A stretch of 64,000 bases of DNA from Candidatus Babeliales bacterium (GTDB lineage: Bacteria > Babelota > Babeliae > Babelales > RVW-14): the NCBI GenBank assembly GCA_041671765.1, contig JBAZAX010000007.1:68-64067 (forward strand). The letters run 5' to 3'. Positions 24,617 to 33,909 of this stretch are shown here, piece after piece (position 1 is the stretch's first letter; each line of letters begins with the position of its first letter). The notes under the pieces are model-generated. The model was not told the origin of the DNA. It worked only from the letters and a program-made list of their open reading frames with translations, and searched no databases. A program made the position numbers and the translations under genes.

Positions 24617-26728
24617 TTACTCAATTCCCATATCACTTAAAAATGCATCTTGAGTTGGTTTGCGGCCAAGAAAATCTTTCAACAACTCCTCAGGATCAAC
24701 ACTTCCGCCTTTGCTAAGAACTTTTGCAACAAGTTCTTTTCCTACTGCTGGATCAAACAAGCCTCGTTTTTTTACATCATAAAACAGATCTAATGCAAAG
24801 ACCTTTGCCCACATATAACTGTAATACTTTGCCCCATAGCCAACCAAATGGCCAAATGATGCATGAAAATGAGTTTGATCATCAAACTGAAGGTGTGATT
24901 GATACTTTTCAAATAATGCTTCAGTAATTGAATCAATATCTTTTATCTTCCCATCTTTAAAAAATTCAAGAGAGATAAAAGACAGGCAACATTGACGCAA
25001 AACAAAACTTCCCGAATCAAATTTTTTCATAAAGATAAGTTTGTCAATCAATTCATCCGGTAATGGCTGTCCTGATTGGTAGTGACTACTTAATTTTTTT
25101 AAGACTGACTTATCAGACATCCATTCTTCAAACATTTGCGACGGCACTTCAACAAAATCCGTTTTCACCGATGTACCCGCAAAACTTGCCATTTGCGTGG
25201 CACCAAGCACATCGTGCATTGCATGACCAAATTCATGAAAGAATGTATTCACATCATCAAATTTAAGCAGTGCCGGACGATCTTTTTGCGATTTTGGAAA
25301 ATTTGCAATGATCGCAAGAACTGCCGGCGCAATTTTTCCATTATCCTTAAGTTGTGTTGGAATAATCGGTGCACAACATGCATGACTGTATTTGTTTTCA
25401 CGAGGGTATAAATCAATAAACAGATATCCACGTAAAATATCCGTTTGGGAATCCAAAATTTTAATTAATAAAACATCATCATGCCAAGCCCATTCAGGTT
25501 TGGAAATCTCAAATTTAAGTCCTAAGAAATTTTGATAAATTTCAAAAATTGCATTTAACGTTTTATCCACAGGAAAATATTGTGCAATTTCACGTTCATC
25601 AATATTAAAATGTTTTTTCTTATAACAGGCTTTTATATAACTAAGATTCCATGGCTGAAGCTTCCCACACGAATTAATATTAACATCTGCGGGTAAATCT
25701 TTTAAAAAATTTTCTATCTCTATAGAAGCCTTTTTCTCTGATTTTATGGCAAGATTATTCAAAAATTCTTCTGCTGTTTCAAGTCTTTTTACCATCTCTG
25801 AATCAAGATCAAATTCAGAAAAATTCTTAAATCCCACTTTACGGGCAAGTTTATCACGATTTAGTATTATTCCATGTAAACAATCAATATTTATAGGCCA
25901 AGCACGATTATTAAACTTACGGTAAAGATCTTTTCTTGTATCTTCGCACGTACAATGCTGCATAACCTCAAAATAAGTAGGATAATCACACCCAAGAACG
26001 ATCTTGTCATTCTCACGAGGCAGAGAATCAATAAAATCTTTACCCAAACCCTGTAGCTTTGACTCATCAGTTAAGATAAAACTGTTATCTTTTGCAAGAT
26101 TTGACTCAAAATCTAACCCCAATTTTGAAAGCTCTTTCTCCAGCGCCTTTACTTTCTCAAGTTTATCATCAGGTAAATGTAACCCCTGACGTTCAAAATC
26201 TTTTAATGTTTCTTTTACAAAAAGCTGTTGCTCAGAAGTTAATTTTTCTTTTTCAAAATTAGCATGAGAGTAATCATTAAACACTTGGTAAACTTTTTTG
26301 TTGCAGGCAACATTCTCAACATAAAAATGGTTAAGCTCTATGGATGCCTCATGACAAGCTTCGCGAATGTCTTTTTCGGGACTTACCATCTCCAGAAACG
26401 AAAGTATACTGGCTACAATTGAAAATTTTCTATCTGCAGCATCAAGAGCCTGTGCCGTATTCTGAAAATTGTGCTCTTCCGGCTTAATGTTAATTATAGA
26501 ATCGATATCAGCTTTTAATAAATCTATCGCATATTTTGAATAGACTTTAACTTCATCAGACTTTTTTGGAAATACTTTTTTTACATTATCAAATGAATTA
26601 AAATCGTTTTCTATTATTTTTTTAAATTCAATAAAATTCATCGCACACCTACATCTTGCAACCAAATAAACACAACAAAAAACACCAACAACAGCCCCAA
26701 AAACTAAAAACCTTACATTAAATCGCAT
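24617..26728 (-). CDS. M3-family zinc metallopeptidase (oligopeptidase A/thimet-like), membrane-anchored
   Basis: 703 aa. HEFGHAMH zinc motif, downstream E in FVEVPSQMFEEW. N-terminal TM. Confidence 0.9.
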   Translation of the reverse strand: MRFNVRFLVFGAVVGVFCCVYLVARCRCAMNFIEFKKIIENDFNSFDNVKKVFPKKSDEVKVYSKYAIDLLKADIDSIINIKPEEHNFQNTAQALDAADRKFSIVASILSFLEMVSPEKDIREACHEASIELNHFYVENVACNKKVYQVFNDYSHANFEKEKLTSEQQLFVKETLKDFERQGLHLPDDKLEKVKALEKELSKLGLDFESNLAKDNSFILTDESKLQGLGKDFIDSLPRENDKIVLGCDYPTYFEVMQHCTCEDTRKDLYRKFNNRAWPINIDCLHGIILNRDKLARKVGFKNFSEFDLDSEMVKRLETAEEFLNNLAIKSEKKASIEIENFLKDLPADVNINSCGKLQPWNLSYIKACYKKKHFNIDEREIAQYFPVDKTLNAIFEIYQNFLGLKFEISKPEWAWHDDVLLIKILDSQTDILRGYLFIDLYPRENKYSHACCAPIIPTQLKDNGKIAPAVLAIIANFPKSQKDRPALLKFDDVNTFFHEFGHAMHDVLGATQMASFAGTSVKTDFVEVPSQMFEEWMSDKSVLKKLSSHYQSGQPLPDELIDKLIFMKKFDSGSFVLRQCCLSFISLEFFKDGKIKDIDSITEALFEKYQSHLQFDDQTHFHASFGHLVGYGAKYYSYMWAKVFALDLFYDVKKRGLFDPAVGKELVAKVLSKGGSVDPEELLKDFLGRKPTQDAFLSDMGIE

Positions 26729-26781
26729 TATAAGAAGCCCTTATTTAATAGATGTCTTCCGAAACCAAACAACTCCAACCA

Positions 26782-26865
26782 GCCCGCTCGTGGTGCCTGT
26801 CCGCCGAAGCTACTATCAAGCGAAGGCTGGGAGCTTGTCGAACCATCGCCCAAAGGGCGGCGGGC
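26782..26865. repeat. GC-rich palindromic mini-element (copy E3) with nested 36-bp insert at 26796-26831
   Basis: GCCCGCTCGTGGTG[36-bp insert]AGCTTGTCGAACCATCGCCCAAAGGGCGGCGGGC. Without the insert it matches the 48-bp copy at 29204. Confidence 0.65.
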
Positions 26866-26949
26866 AAAGATTCAGAAGAGCTTTAATGTTTTTTTACTTC
26901 ATTCTTTCATAAGTATAAGCATACAAGATTTTGTAATCACATACAAAGT

Positions 26950-26990
26950 ACAAAATAAAAACCCCCGCTTACAATTAAGTAAATGGGGGT
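26950..26990 (-). terminator. rho-independent terminator
   Basis: Minus-strand stem ACCCCCATTTAC / GTAAGCGGGGGT, followed by TTTTTATTTT. Confidence 0.6.
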
Positions 26991-27011
26991 CAAATTTAAA
27001 AACTAGAGGAT

Positions 27012-27716
27012 TTACTGTAAAGAACAGCTCTCTCTTTTAATTTTTCCGGCTTTGTCTGAAACGTGTCTTAAAGCCTGTCTTCCATGTCTCAATGTAAAAT
27101 CAGTTACCAAAGGAGCCGCTGCACCAGCAACATAACTCACACCACCGGTAGCAGGAATAGCAACTATGGCACCAACAAGATACAACCCCTCAACAACGTG
27201 TCCGGCTGTTCTATATGGATGAGCTTGTACATAACTTAACCCATCACGACCAAGAGCAAAAACTGCTGCACCCTTTGTTCGCACCACTTTGAACAATTCG
27301 CCATCAAAATTAAAGTACTGGTTAACTTTTACGTCACCGTGTTCGTCAAGCTTCAATTCGACTGTCTTTTCTGGTTGTGCAACCTGTGTTTGAACGATTT
27401 CCATTGGAGCTGTTTGCTCTTTGGCAGCAACGATCTCATTTAGCAATCTAACAATAGATTCATCCTCTACTCTTGCTGCAGCTGCTAATCCACGCGTATC
27501 GCCAGAAAACCAATTATCGCCATCTCTTGTATAAACTTCGCCCTGAACAGCTTCGCTATCTTTAAATGTCAATAATCCGGTTGCTCTATCCCATGTAGAA
27601 TAACGAACAATCGACTGGCCATATACTGCTGCTTCTGCAGGGGCCGTTTTTTCCATAGAATAAAGACCTGAACCTACCAATAACGCTGATGTTAGAACAA
27701 TAAACATCTTTTTCAT
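27012..27716 (-). CDS. leader-bearing protein with C-terminal hydrophobic segment, polybasic tract and CaaX box (CSLQ)
   Basis: Start moved to ATG 27716 (MKKMFIVLTSALLVGSGLYS) after AGGAGG. Ends DKAGKIKRESCSLQ*. No family recognised. Visibly more GC-rich than its surroundings. Confidence 0.65.
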   Translation of the reverse strand: MKKMFIVLTSALLVGSGLYSMEKTAPAEAAVYGQSIVRYSTWDRATGLLTFKDSEAVQGEVYTRDGDNWFSGDTRGLAAAARVEDESIVRLLNEIVAAKEQTAPMEIVQTQVAQPEKTVELKLDEHGDVKVNQYFNFDGELFKVVRTKGAAVFALGRDGLSYVQAHPYRTAGHVVEGLYLVGAIVAIPATGGVSYVAGAAAPLVTDFTLRHGRQALRHVSDKAGKIKRESCSLQ

Positions 27717-27982
27717 GAAATAACCTCCTAAAATATAACCTACCACTTTTACTTACTTATAACCTACCATTTCCCTCTGTCAAAGCTTTTAACGTTTCTT
27801 TGATCAGGACGAAAAGCCATTTTCAGACTTTTCTATTTAAAAACTTATAACTTATTATATACCTGTAAATTTAAATTGTAAAACGCCATACAGATCGGCA
27901 AATCCATAAAACAACTTCTTGCCGATAGCCCCCGATATAGTCATCTCCGAAAGCTAACCAAAAACACATTAAAGCTCTTAAT

Positions 27983-28283
27983 TTAACGTGAGTTCGAGAA
28001 TTAAATATTACGAAAGCCACTATAACGTCGTCCCAACGTAAGCCGTGATCCAGTAATGGTTTAGCCTAGACACCGGCCTACGCCCAGGCTACGCGCAAGG
28101 CTTCGCCGGGCACGGCCGGTGCGACAAATAGAATAGCACTTGGCAATGTGGAACCTTCACATGTAGTGTAATTTTTCTTAAATTGACAGCATTGGACCTA
28201 CGCCGGGAAGACCGAGGTGTAATATCGTTTAGCGTTATTACACCGCATAACATGAATCATTATGATTATAGAACTCGCGCCTA
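27983..28283. mobile_element. possible third, divergent MITE-like element (approx 301 bp) with GC-rich cargo
   Basis: Left end TTAACGTGAGTTCGAGAATT resembles the other TIRs. The right end GATTATAGAACTCGCGCCTA matches its reverse complement at about 13/20. Similar length, but the interior is diverged and holds GC-rich hairpins. Confidence 0.4.
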
Positions 28284-28321
28284 CTTAATAACCCAGGCTC
28301 GATCTAATCACTGATTTGATC

Positions 28322-28981
28322 CTATTTTAACAAATGAGAGGCATCCTGGCCACCATCATGGGCAAAAAACTTTCGTTGAATATACCCCGAAAGGTAATCT
28401 TGTGGTTGAAATCCTGCAAGAAAAGGCATCAAAAGCTGTCCATCTTTATAAAATAAAAAAAGTGGCAAATCAACCTTTTTCAGCTTATAAAACATCGAAA
28501 TTTGCATAAAAATATCCATATTTTGTGCAACATTTAATCCCGCAAATATAACTTGATTTTTGAATTCATCTGCAACTGCCTGAAAAACCGGTGCTACTTT
28601 ACCTGAATCCTGACTCATGGGTGAATAAATTTTCAAAACAACCGGTTTTGAATACGAATTTTTGACAACCAATTTGGTAAATTGTGCCATTCCCTGAATA
28701 TTAAAGACAAGGCTTTCAGGCACACTATCTGTTACACTTTCAGCTGCAATCTGAGCAGTATTGTCGGACGAATTTTTGGTTATATCACCAGATTGATGTT
28801 CTTGTTGGGGTTCTTGATGTTCGATTTGCTCCCGCTGTTCATATGCCACCTGCGATTTTTCTTGCCCAGCCCCGCCAGATCGCACAATTTTTGTAAATAA
28901 TCCGCCCTGGTCAGGCTCAACATAACAAAGTAGATAAGAAAACGTTAAAAAAAATAGAAAGCTAAACCCTAAAACCTTCAT
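28322..28981 (-). CDS. secreted thioredoxin-fold protein lacking the CxxC active site
   Basis: Leader MKVLGFSFLFFLTFSYLLC. The C-terminal half is colinear with thioredoxin (PVVLKIYSPMSQDSGKVAPVFQAVADEFKNQVIFAGLNV..LPLFLFYKDGQ), with SPMSQDS in place of WCGPC. Confidence 0.6.
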   Translation of the reverse strand: MKVLGFSFLFFLTFSYLLCYVEPDQGGLFTKIVRSGGAGQEKSQVAYEQREQIEHQEPQQEHQSGDITKNSSDNTAQIAAESVTDSVPESLVFNIQGMAQFTKLVVKNSYSKPVVLKIYSPMSQDSGKVAPVFQAVADEFKNQVIFAGLNVAQNMDIFMQISMFYKLKKVDLPLFLFYKDGQLLMPFLAGFQPQDYLSGYIQRKFFAHDGGQDASHLLK

Positions 28982-29203
28982 GACTCCCCCCTACCGTAAC
29001 TGTATTATCAGGCCCAACATACCCCACAACACTAAGATCTCGCCCCTAACGAGGATCTTGTCCCTTATTTATGATAAAAAATTACAGCCTGAAATTACAA
29101 TAAATGGGTTTTTAAGTTTAAAGTAGGGGGAGTTATACCCTACTTCGCAATTTATTGTTTCGTTATTTATTAGACTTCTTGCATAACTTGGAAATCTAAA
29201 AAA

Positions 29204-29251
29204 GCGCGCTCGTGGTGAGCTTGTCGAACCATCGCCCGAAGGGCGACGGGC
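29204..29251. repeat. GC-rich palindromic mini-element (copy E5, 48-bp core form)
   Basis: GCGCGCTCGTGGTGAGCTTGTCGAACCATCGCCCGAAGGGCGACGGGC. Internal hairpin TCGCCC-GAA-GGGCGA. Flanked by the inverted CTTGCATAAC / GTTATGCAAG. Confidence 0.65.
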
Positions 29252-29277
29252 TTAGGTTATGCAAGAGATTTATTAAG

Positions 29278-29979
29278 TTATTTATTAACACCTAGCTTAT
29301 CTGCCAACGCTATCGCCCCTTCGTGAGAAGGGTCCAAGAAGAGCACGGCCTCCATCTCAGTCTTGGCCAAAGCTTTGTTTTGTAATTTAAAAGCCGATAA
29401 AGCCAAAAAATAGTGCGCATCTACATATTCCGGAGCCAATGCTACCGTTCTAGAAAATTCACTTACGGCTTGTTCATAATTCTGCCTGTCAAAAAAGATC
29501 TTACCTCTGTTAAATACTGCAGCTTGAGGCGTAAAATAGTCACTATCCTTGGCCAGATTATCTAATATACTCAAGGACTTATCAACGTTCCCCATCTGCG
29601 CAAGCAAACAAGCATAGTTATTCAATATACTCGCACGCACCTTTGCAGATACATTGTCAAAAGCTAAGGCTGCCTCAAAACTTTGGCAACTTTGCTCAAA
29701 ATCTCCCAACCTAAAAAGTATTGTCGCTTTAACCGCCAAGAAATCAGCACTCGCCTTACAATTTATTGCCTCCTGAATATAAGACAAGGCCTTTCTGTAA
29801 GTAGTTTGGGGACTGTCGCTCTTATCTGAATTTTGTGAAACTTCCAACATGCAAAGCTTATAATAAGTTTGTGATAATTTCTCATTTTTATCGTCCAACT
29901 TTTTGCCACACCCGCACAAAAGCATTGCCAAACCCATACCAAATGCACAAAAAGTTCCTATCATTTTCTTTTTATTCAT
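29278..29979 (-). CDS. TPR-repeat lipoprotein
   Basis: Start moved to ATG 29979 (MNKKKMIGTFCAFGMGLAMLLCGCGKK, lipobox LLCGC) after GGGAGA. TPR-like A..Y..A..L repeats throughout. Confidence 0.75.
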   Translation of the reverse strand: MNKKKMIGTFCAFGMGLAMLLCGCGKKLDDKNEKLSQTYYKLCMLEVSQNSDKSDSPQTTYRKALSYIQEAINCKASADFLAVKATILFRLGDFEQSCQSFEAALAFDNVSAKVRASILNNYACLLAQMGNVDKSLSILDNLAKDSDYFTPQAAVFNRGKIFFDRQNYEQAVSEFSRTVALAPEYVDAHYFLALSAFKLQNKALAKTEMEAVLFLDPSHEGAIALADKLGVNK

Positions 29980-30110
29980 GACAATCTCCCATTGAATTTT
30001 ATAAAATTTTACCCTTTTGCCAACTACTGATATAATTAACGATACTCCAATTTCATGGCAACACTTTTGATTATTCACACTGCAATAGAATTTAAAATTA
30101 AGGAATATAT

Positions 30111-31538
30111 GTGCAATTAATTTGGGATGAATTTTTAAAACTCATCAAACAAGAGGCCGGAAGCCAAATTGTCGAAACATGGTTTAAAGCCGTTAGCCTA
30201 CAAGATTGGAATACGGCAACCGGAGCAATCACTCTTAAAACACCTAATCAATTTGTTAGCAAATGGATTCAGGAACACTACATAGAACTTTTAAAAAAAC
30301 ATCTCAGTAGACTTTTGCACGTAAATGAAATCAAAATAATTTTTATTTGCAGCGGCCAAGAAGCGCAACAAATTCGCAATATTATTCCTGCATCAACAAT
30401 TCAGACAACCTCAAACCAATTTCATATAACTCATTCACCAATAATAAACAGCGAGCCACAACAACAATCAAAGGCTTTGGTAAAAGTTTCAAAAAAAAAT
30501 CAGCCTAATCAATATGGCAATAATCTAAATGAAAATTATATTTTTGAAAATTTCATTGTTGGCCCAAACAATTCTCTTGCAAATGCCGCAGCTATCGCAG
30601 TAGTCGAAAATTTGGGAAAAGTTTATAATCCACTTTTTATATATGGCGGAACAGGTCTTGGAAAAACTCACCTTATGCATGCCATTGGTAATGCGGTAAA
30701 GAAGAAATATCCCAATATTACGGTATGCTATGAAACTACAGATAGATTTATTACAGAATTTATTAACTGCATTCGTTTTGATAAAGCTGATCAATTTCGA
30801 AGCAAATATCAAAAATTAGATCTCTTTTTACTGGATGATGTGCAGTTTTTATCCAACAAAGAACAAACTCAAGAGATATTTTTTCATATTTTTAATAATC
30901 TTTATGAAGAACGCAAACAAATAATCATGTCTAGTGACACATTCCCTAAAGAAATTGCCGGGCTGCAAAGTCGGCTAAAATCAAGATTGGAATGGGGCCT
31001 TGTGGCAGACATACAAATCCCTGATCTCGAAACAAAAATTGCAATATTAAACAAAAAGGCAGAACAAAATAAAATGAATTTGCCAAATGATGTCGCAAAC
31101 TTTATAGCATCACGAGTCATTTCAAACATTCGTGAACTGGAAGGGGCTCTAGTTCGCGTAAGCGCTTTTGCAGCTCTCATTAATACCCAAATTACTATTG
31201 AACTTGCGCAAAAAGTCCTTTTAAACTTGAGTAACCCTAAAACTGAAAATGCGTCTCTTGAAACTGTTTTAAAAATAGCAGCAAAAAATTTTGATGTTTC
31301 CATATTGGACATTAAAGCAAAGAAGCGACACAAAGAAATCGCTGAGATCAGACAAATTGTTTTTTATTTGATGAAAAAACTTACAAACTGCTCACTGCAA
31401 GTAATTGGCTCATTTGTAGGAGGACGCGACCACTCAACTGTAATCCACGCTATAGGCAAAGTTGAAAAAATGTGTTCGAATGATTTAGATATGGCAAAAA
31501 AAATAAAAAGGATTGAACAAGAAATAATGATGAATTAA
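30111..31538 (+). CDS. dnaA: chromosomal replication initiator DnaA (GTG start)
   Basis: 475 aa. Walker A GGTGLGKTHL, LLDDVQFL, SNIRELEGAL, C-terminal HTH GGRDHSTVIHA. Confidence 0.95.
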   Translation: MQLIWDEFLKLIKQEAGSQIVETWFKAVSLQDWNTATGAITLKTPNQFVSKWIQEHYIELLKKHLSRLLHVNEIKIIFICSGQEAQQIRNIIPASTIQTTSNQFHITHSPIINSEPQQQSKALVKVSKKNQPNQYGNNLNENYIFENFIVGPNNSLANAAAIAVVENLGKVYNPLFIYGGTGLGKTHLMHAIGNAVKKKYPNITVCYETTDRFITEFINCIRFDKADQFRSKYQKLDLFLLDDVQFLSNKEQTQEIFFHIFNNLYEERKQIIMSSDTFPKEIAGLQSRLKSRLEWGLVADIQIPDLETKIAILNKKAEQNKMNLPNDVANFIASRVISNIRELEGALVRVSAFAALINTQITIELAQKVLLNLSNPKTENASLETVLKIAAKNFDVSILDIKAKKRHKEIAEIRQIVFYLMKKLTNCSLQVIGSFVGGRDHSTVIHAIGKVEKMCSNDLDMAKKIKRIEQEIMMN

Positions 31539-31651
31539 GGATAGCTAAACTGTTTTTAGAAAAATGCTGTAGTTTCGAGGCGTTTGGTGCTAAATTTCTC
31601 TTAATGGCTTTTAGTTTGTAGAGTTTTGCTTGTGATTTATTAAGGAGACCC

Positions 31652-32938
31652 ATGAATTTAAAAACTATTTTTTTATCAGCAATATTACTAATTTGCACAG
31701 TACAAGTGTTTACTCAAGTGGCTGATCCCATAATGCCTTTGGATGCGACTCAAGAATTAAAAGATTCTGACATAACTATGACCAGTCAAATTCCTGATTC
31801 AATGCCGTCTGCCAATCAAACTCCTATCATGCCGCCCGTTTCAAACACAATTCAGGAAATACAACAAAAAACGCAAGACCAAACGACTCTAACAATCAAA
31901 GTTACACCTACACATTCCCAAACTTTAACAACTCAACAACAAACAATTTCGCAACAAAATGTAACCAAAGAACCACTAGATAAACAAAAAAATTCTAAAG
32001 CTAAACAAGCAAAAATAATAAATCTTAAACCCAAAGAAGGTACCCTAAAAGACTCCGAACTTGATTTTGAAGTTGAAAATCAAACTGGTAAAACAATTTA
32101 TGTGGTATGTTTTTCTTATATCAATAAACGTCAATTCAGCCGTTGGCGTTGGGATAAATCCTCTATTTATAAAATAGAAGACAACAAAAGTGTAATAATA
32201 GATCTTGATACAATTCCCGATGAAGAGAATCGCAATAAGACATTTGGATATTTGGGAATATTTGATAATAAAAAAGAGGCTGACGATTCAACTATTGAAT
32301 TACTTGATGACAACAAAAAAATAGATTTGGATATAATTGCACAATTACACGGAAAAAAGATTACGATAGAAATCGAAAAATATGGAATAGCAGGGGAATT
32401 CTATGATTTTGATTTTCAAGATATAGATAAAAAAAAAGAAGATAAAAAACAACCCGAACTAGATTTTTATGTTGAAAATAAAACGGGTAAAACAATTTTA
32501 GTAACATGTTTTGTTTATGAAAAAAAAGCAAAAGGAAACTGGTTAGCAAAAAAAACAAAGGAGGCATGGACGGCTGATGAAGACACGCGTGATGACATGA
32601 CTGTCTGGCGATTTGATAAGACGCCCATAATAAAATTAAAACAAAATGAAACAGGACTTATCGATGTTGATACCATAATCGAACCTCGAGATAGAATTTA
32701 TGTTCGCGGCTATTTAGCTATATTCGATGAAGATGAACAAGAATTAGCAGAAAAATCAATTTATGAGCTCATGCAATCAAGACGTCGATTAGAAATAGGA
32801 AAATTGATAGAATTAAAACACAAAAAAATTTCAATCTATACTGAAAAGTATGGAGCAAGTGGCAACTTTATCGATTATGTAGTGAAACCAACCCAAAAAC
32901 CGGATATCAAAAAAGTTATAAATGGATATTTAAAATAA
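31652..32938 (+). CDS. secreted protein with T/Q-rich linker and an internally duplicated approx 130-150-aa domain
   Basis: Leader MNLKTIFLSAILLICTVQVFTQ. ELDFEVENQTGKTIYVVCF...KKITIEIEKYGIAGEF repeats as ELDFYVENKTGKTILVTCF...KKISIYTEKYGASGNF. Confidence 0.6.
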   Translation: MNLKTIFLSAILLICTVQVFTQVADPIMPLDATQELKDSDITMTSQIPDSMPSANQTPIMPPVSNTIQEIQQKTQDQTTLTIKVTPTHSQTLTTQQQTISQQNVTKEPLDKQKNSKAKQAKIINLKPKEGTLKDSELDFEVENQTGKTIYVVCFSYINKRQFSRWRWDKSSIYKIEDNKSVIIDLDTIPDEENRNKTFGYLGIFDNKKEADDSTIELLDDNKKIDLDIIAQLHGKKITIEIEKYGIAGEFYDFDFQDIDKKKEDKKQPELDFYVENKTGKTILVTCFVYEKKAKGNWLAKKTKEAWTADEDTRDDMTVWRFDKTPIIKLKQNETGLIDVDTIIEPRDRIYVRGYLAIFDEDEQELAEKSIYELMQSRRRLEIGKLIELKHKKISIYTEKYGASGNFIDYVVKPTQKPDIKKVINGYLK

Positions 32939-32939
32939 C

Positions 32940-33851
32940 ATGAATAATACAGATCTTAAACCATTACACAAAAGCGTTTTAGTAAACGAAGTATTACAAT
33001 ATTTAGATCCAAAACCAGGCAAAACTTACGTTGATGCAACACTTGGCTGTGGCGGACACACATCCGCAATTCTTGATCTGGAACCAACTTGTAACGTAAT
33101 AGGCATCGATTGGGATCAAAAATCAATTGAACAAAATGCACCAATTTTAAAAGAAAAGTATGATGATAGAATAAATATCTTGTGGGGGAATTTCGCACAT
33201 CTTTATAAGTTATTAAAGAATGAGGGAATAAAAAACGTAGACGGAATATTGGCAGATTTTGGCACTTCGCAGCTTCAAATTCAGGAACGCGATGGGTTAT
33301 CGTTTATGACGGACACACCATTGGATATGCGTATGTCTAAATCACATTATCACATAACAGCCGCCACTATTTTAAATACATGCACCGAAAATGAGATAGC
33401 AAATATTCTGTTTGAATATGCTGATGAAACTTATGCAAGAAAAATTGCCCGCGCGATAATCAATAAACGTAAAACCGAGAGCTTTAAAACAACTCGCCAA
33501 CTTGTGGAACTTATCGAAACAATCATTCCCAGATACACCAAGACAGGCAAAAGACATACACATCCTGCAACAAAAACATTCCAAGCCCTACGGATAGCAG
33601 TTAATAATGAACTCGAGAACATTAAGTCGTTTTTGCATGCAAGTTTGCCTTTTCTTGCCCCTAATGGGAAACTTGTTTGCATTAGTTTTCATTCTCTTGA
33701 AGACCGAATTGTAAAAAGTTTTTTCAAGGAAAAGGAAGGTTTACTCGAACTAAAGATTCTAACACCCAAAGCAATAACCGCTTCAAGTGCGGAATTAGCA
33801 CTAAATCAGTCGTCCAGATCAGCAAAATTAAGAGCTGCTGAAAAAGCATAA
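32940..33851 (+). CDS. rsmH: 16S rRNA (cytosine1402-N4)-methyltransferase RsmH (MraW)
   Basis: HKSVLVNEVL, YVDATLGCGGHT, DFGTSQLQ, ISFHSLEDRIVK. Confidence 0.95.
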   Translation: MNNTDLKPLHKSVLVNEVLQYLDPKPGKTYVDATLGCGGHTSAILDLEPTCNVIGIDWDQKSIEQNAPILKEKYDDRINILWGNFAHLYKLLKNEGIKNVDGILADFGTSQLQIQERDGLSFMTDTPLDMRMSKSHYHITAATILNTCTENEIANILFEYADETYARKIARAIINKRKTESFKTTRQLVELIETIIPRYTKTGKRHTHPATKTFQALRIAVNNELENIKSFLHASLPFLAPNGKLVCISFHSLEDRIVKSFFKEKEGLLELKILTPKAITASSAELALNQSSRSAKLRAAEKA

Positions 33852-33880
33852 AACATTCGAATATAAGGCTGAAAAACTAG

Positions 33881-33909
33881 TTGACAAACATATTGTAAAC
33901 TATTAAATT
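33881..33909 (+). promoter_or_regulatory. candidate sigma70-type promoter upstream of spoVG
   Basis: TTGACA (33881-33886), a 17-nt spacer, then TAAATT. It would leave an approx 100-nt leader. Pattern match only. Confidence 0.3.
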
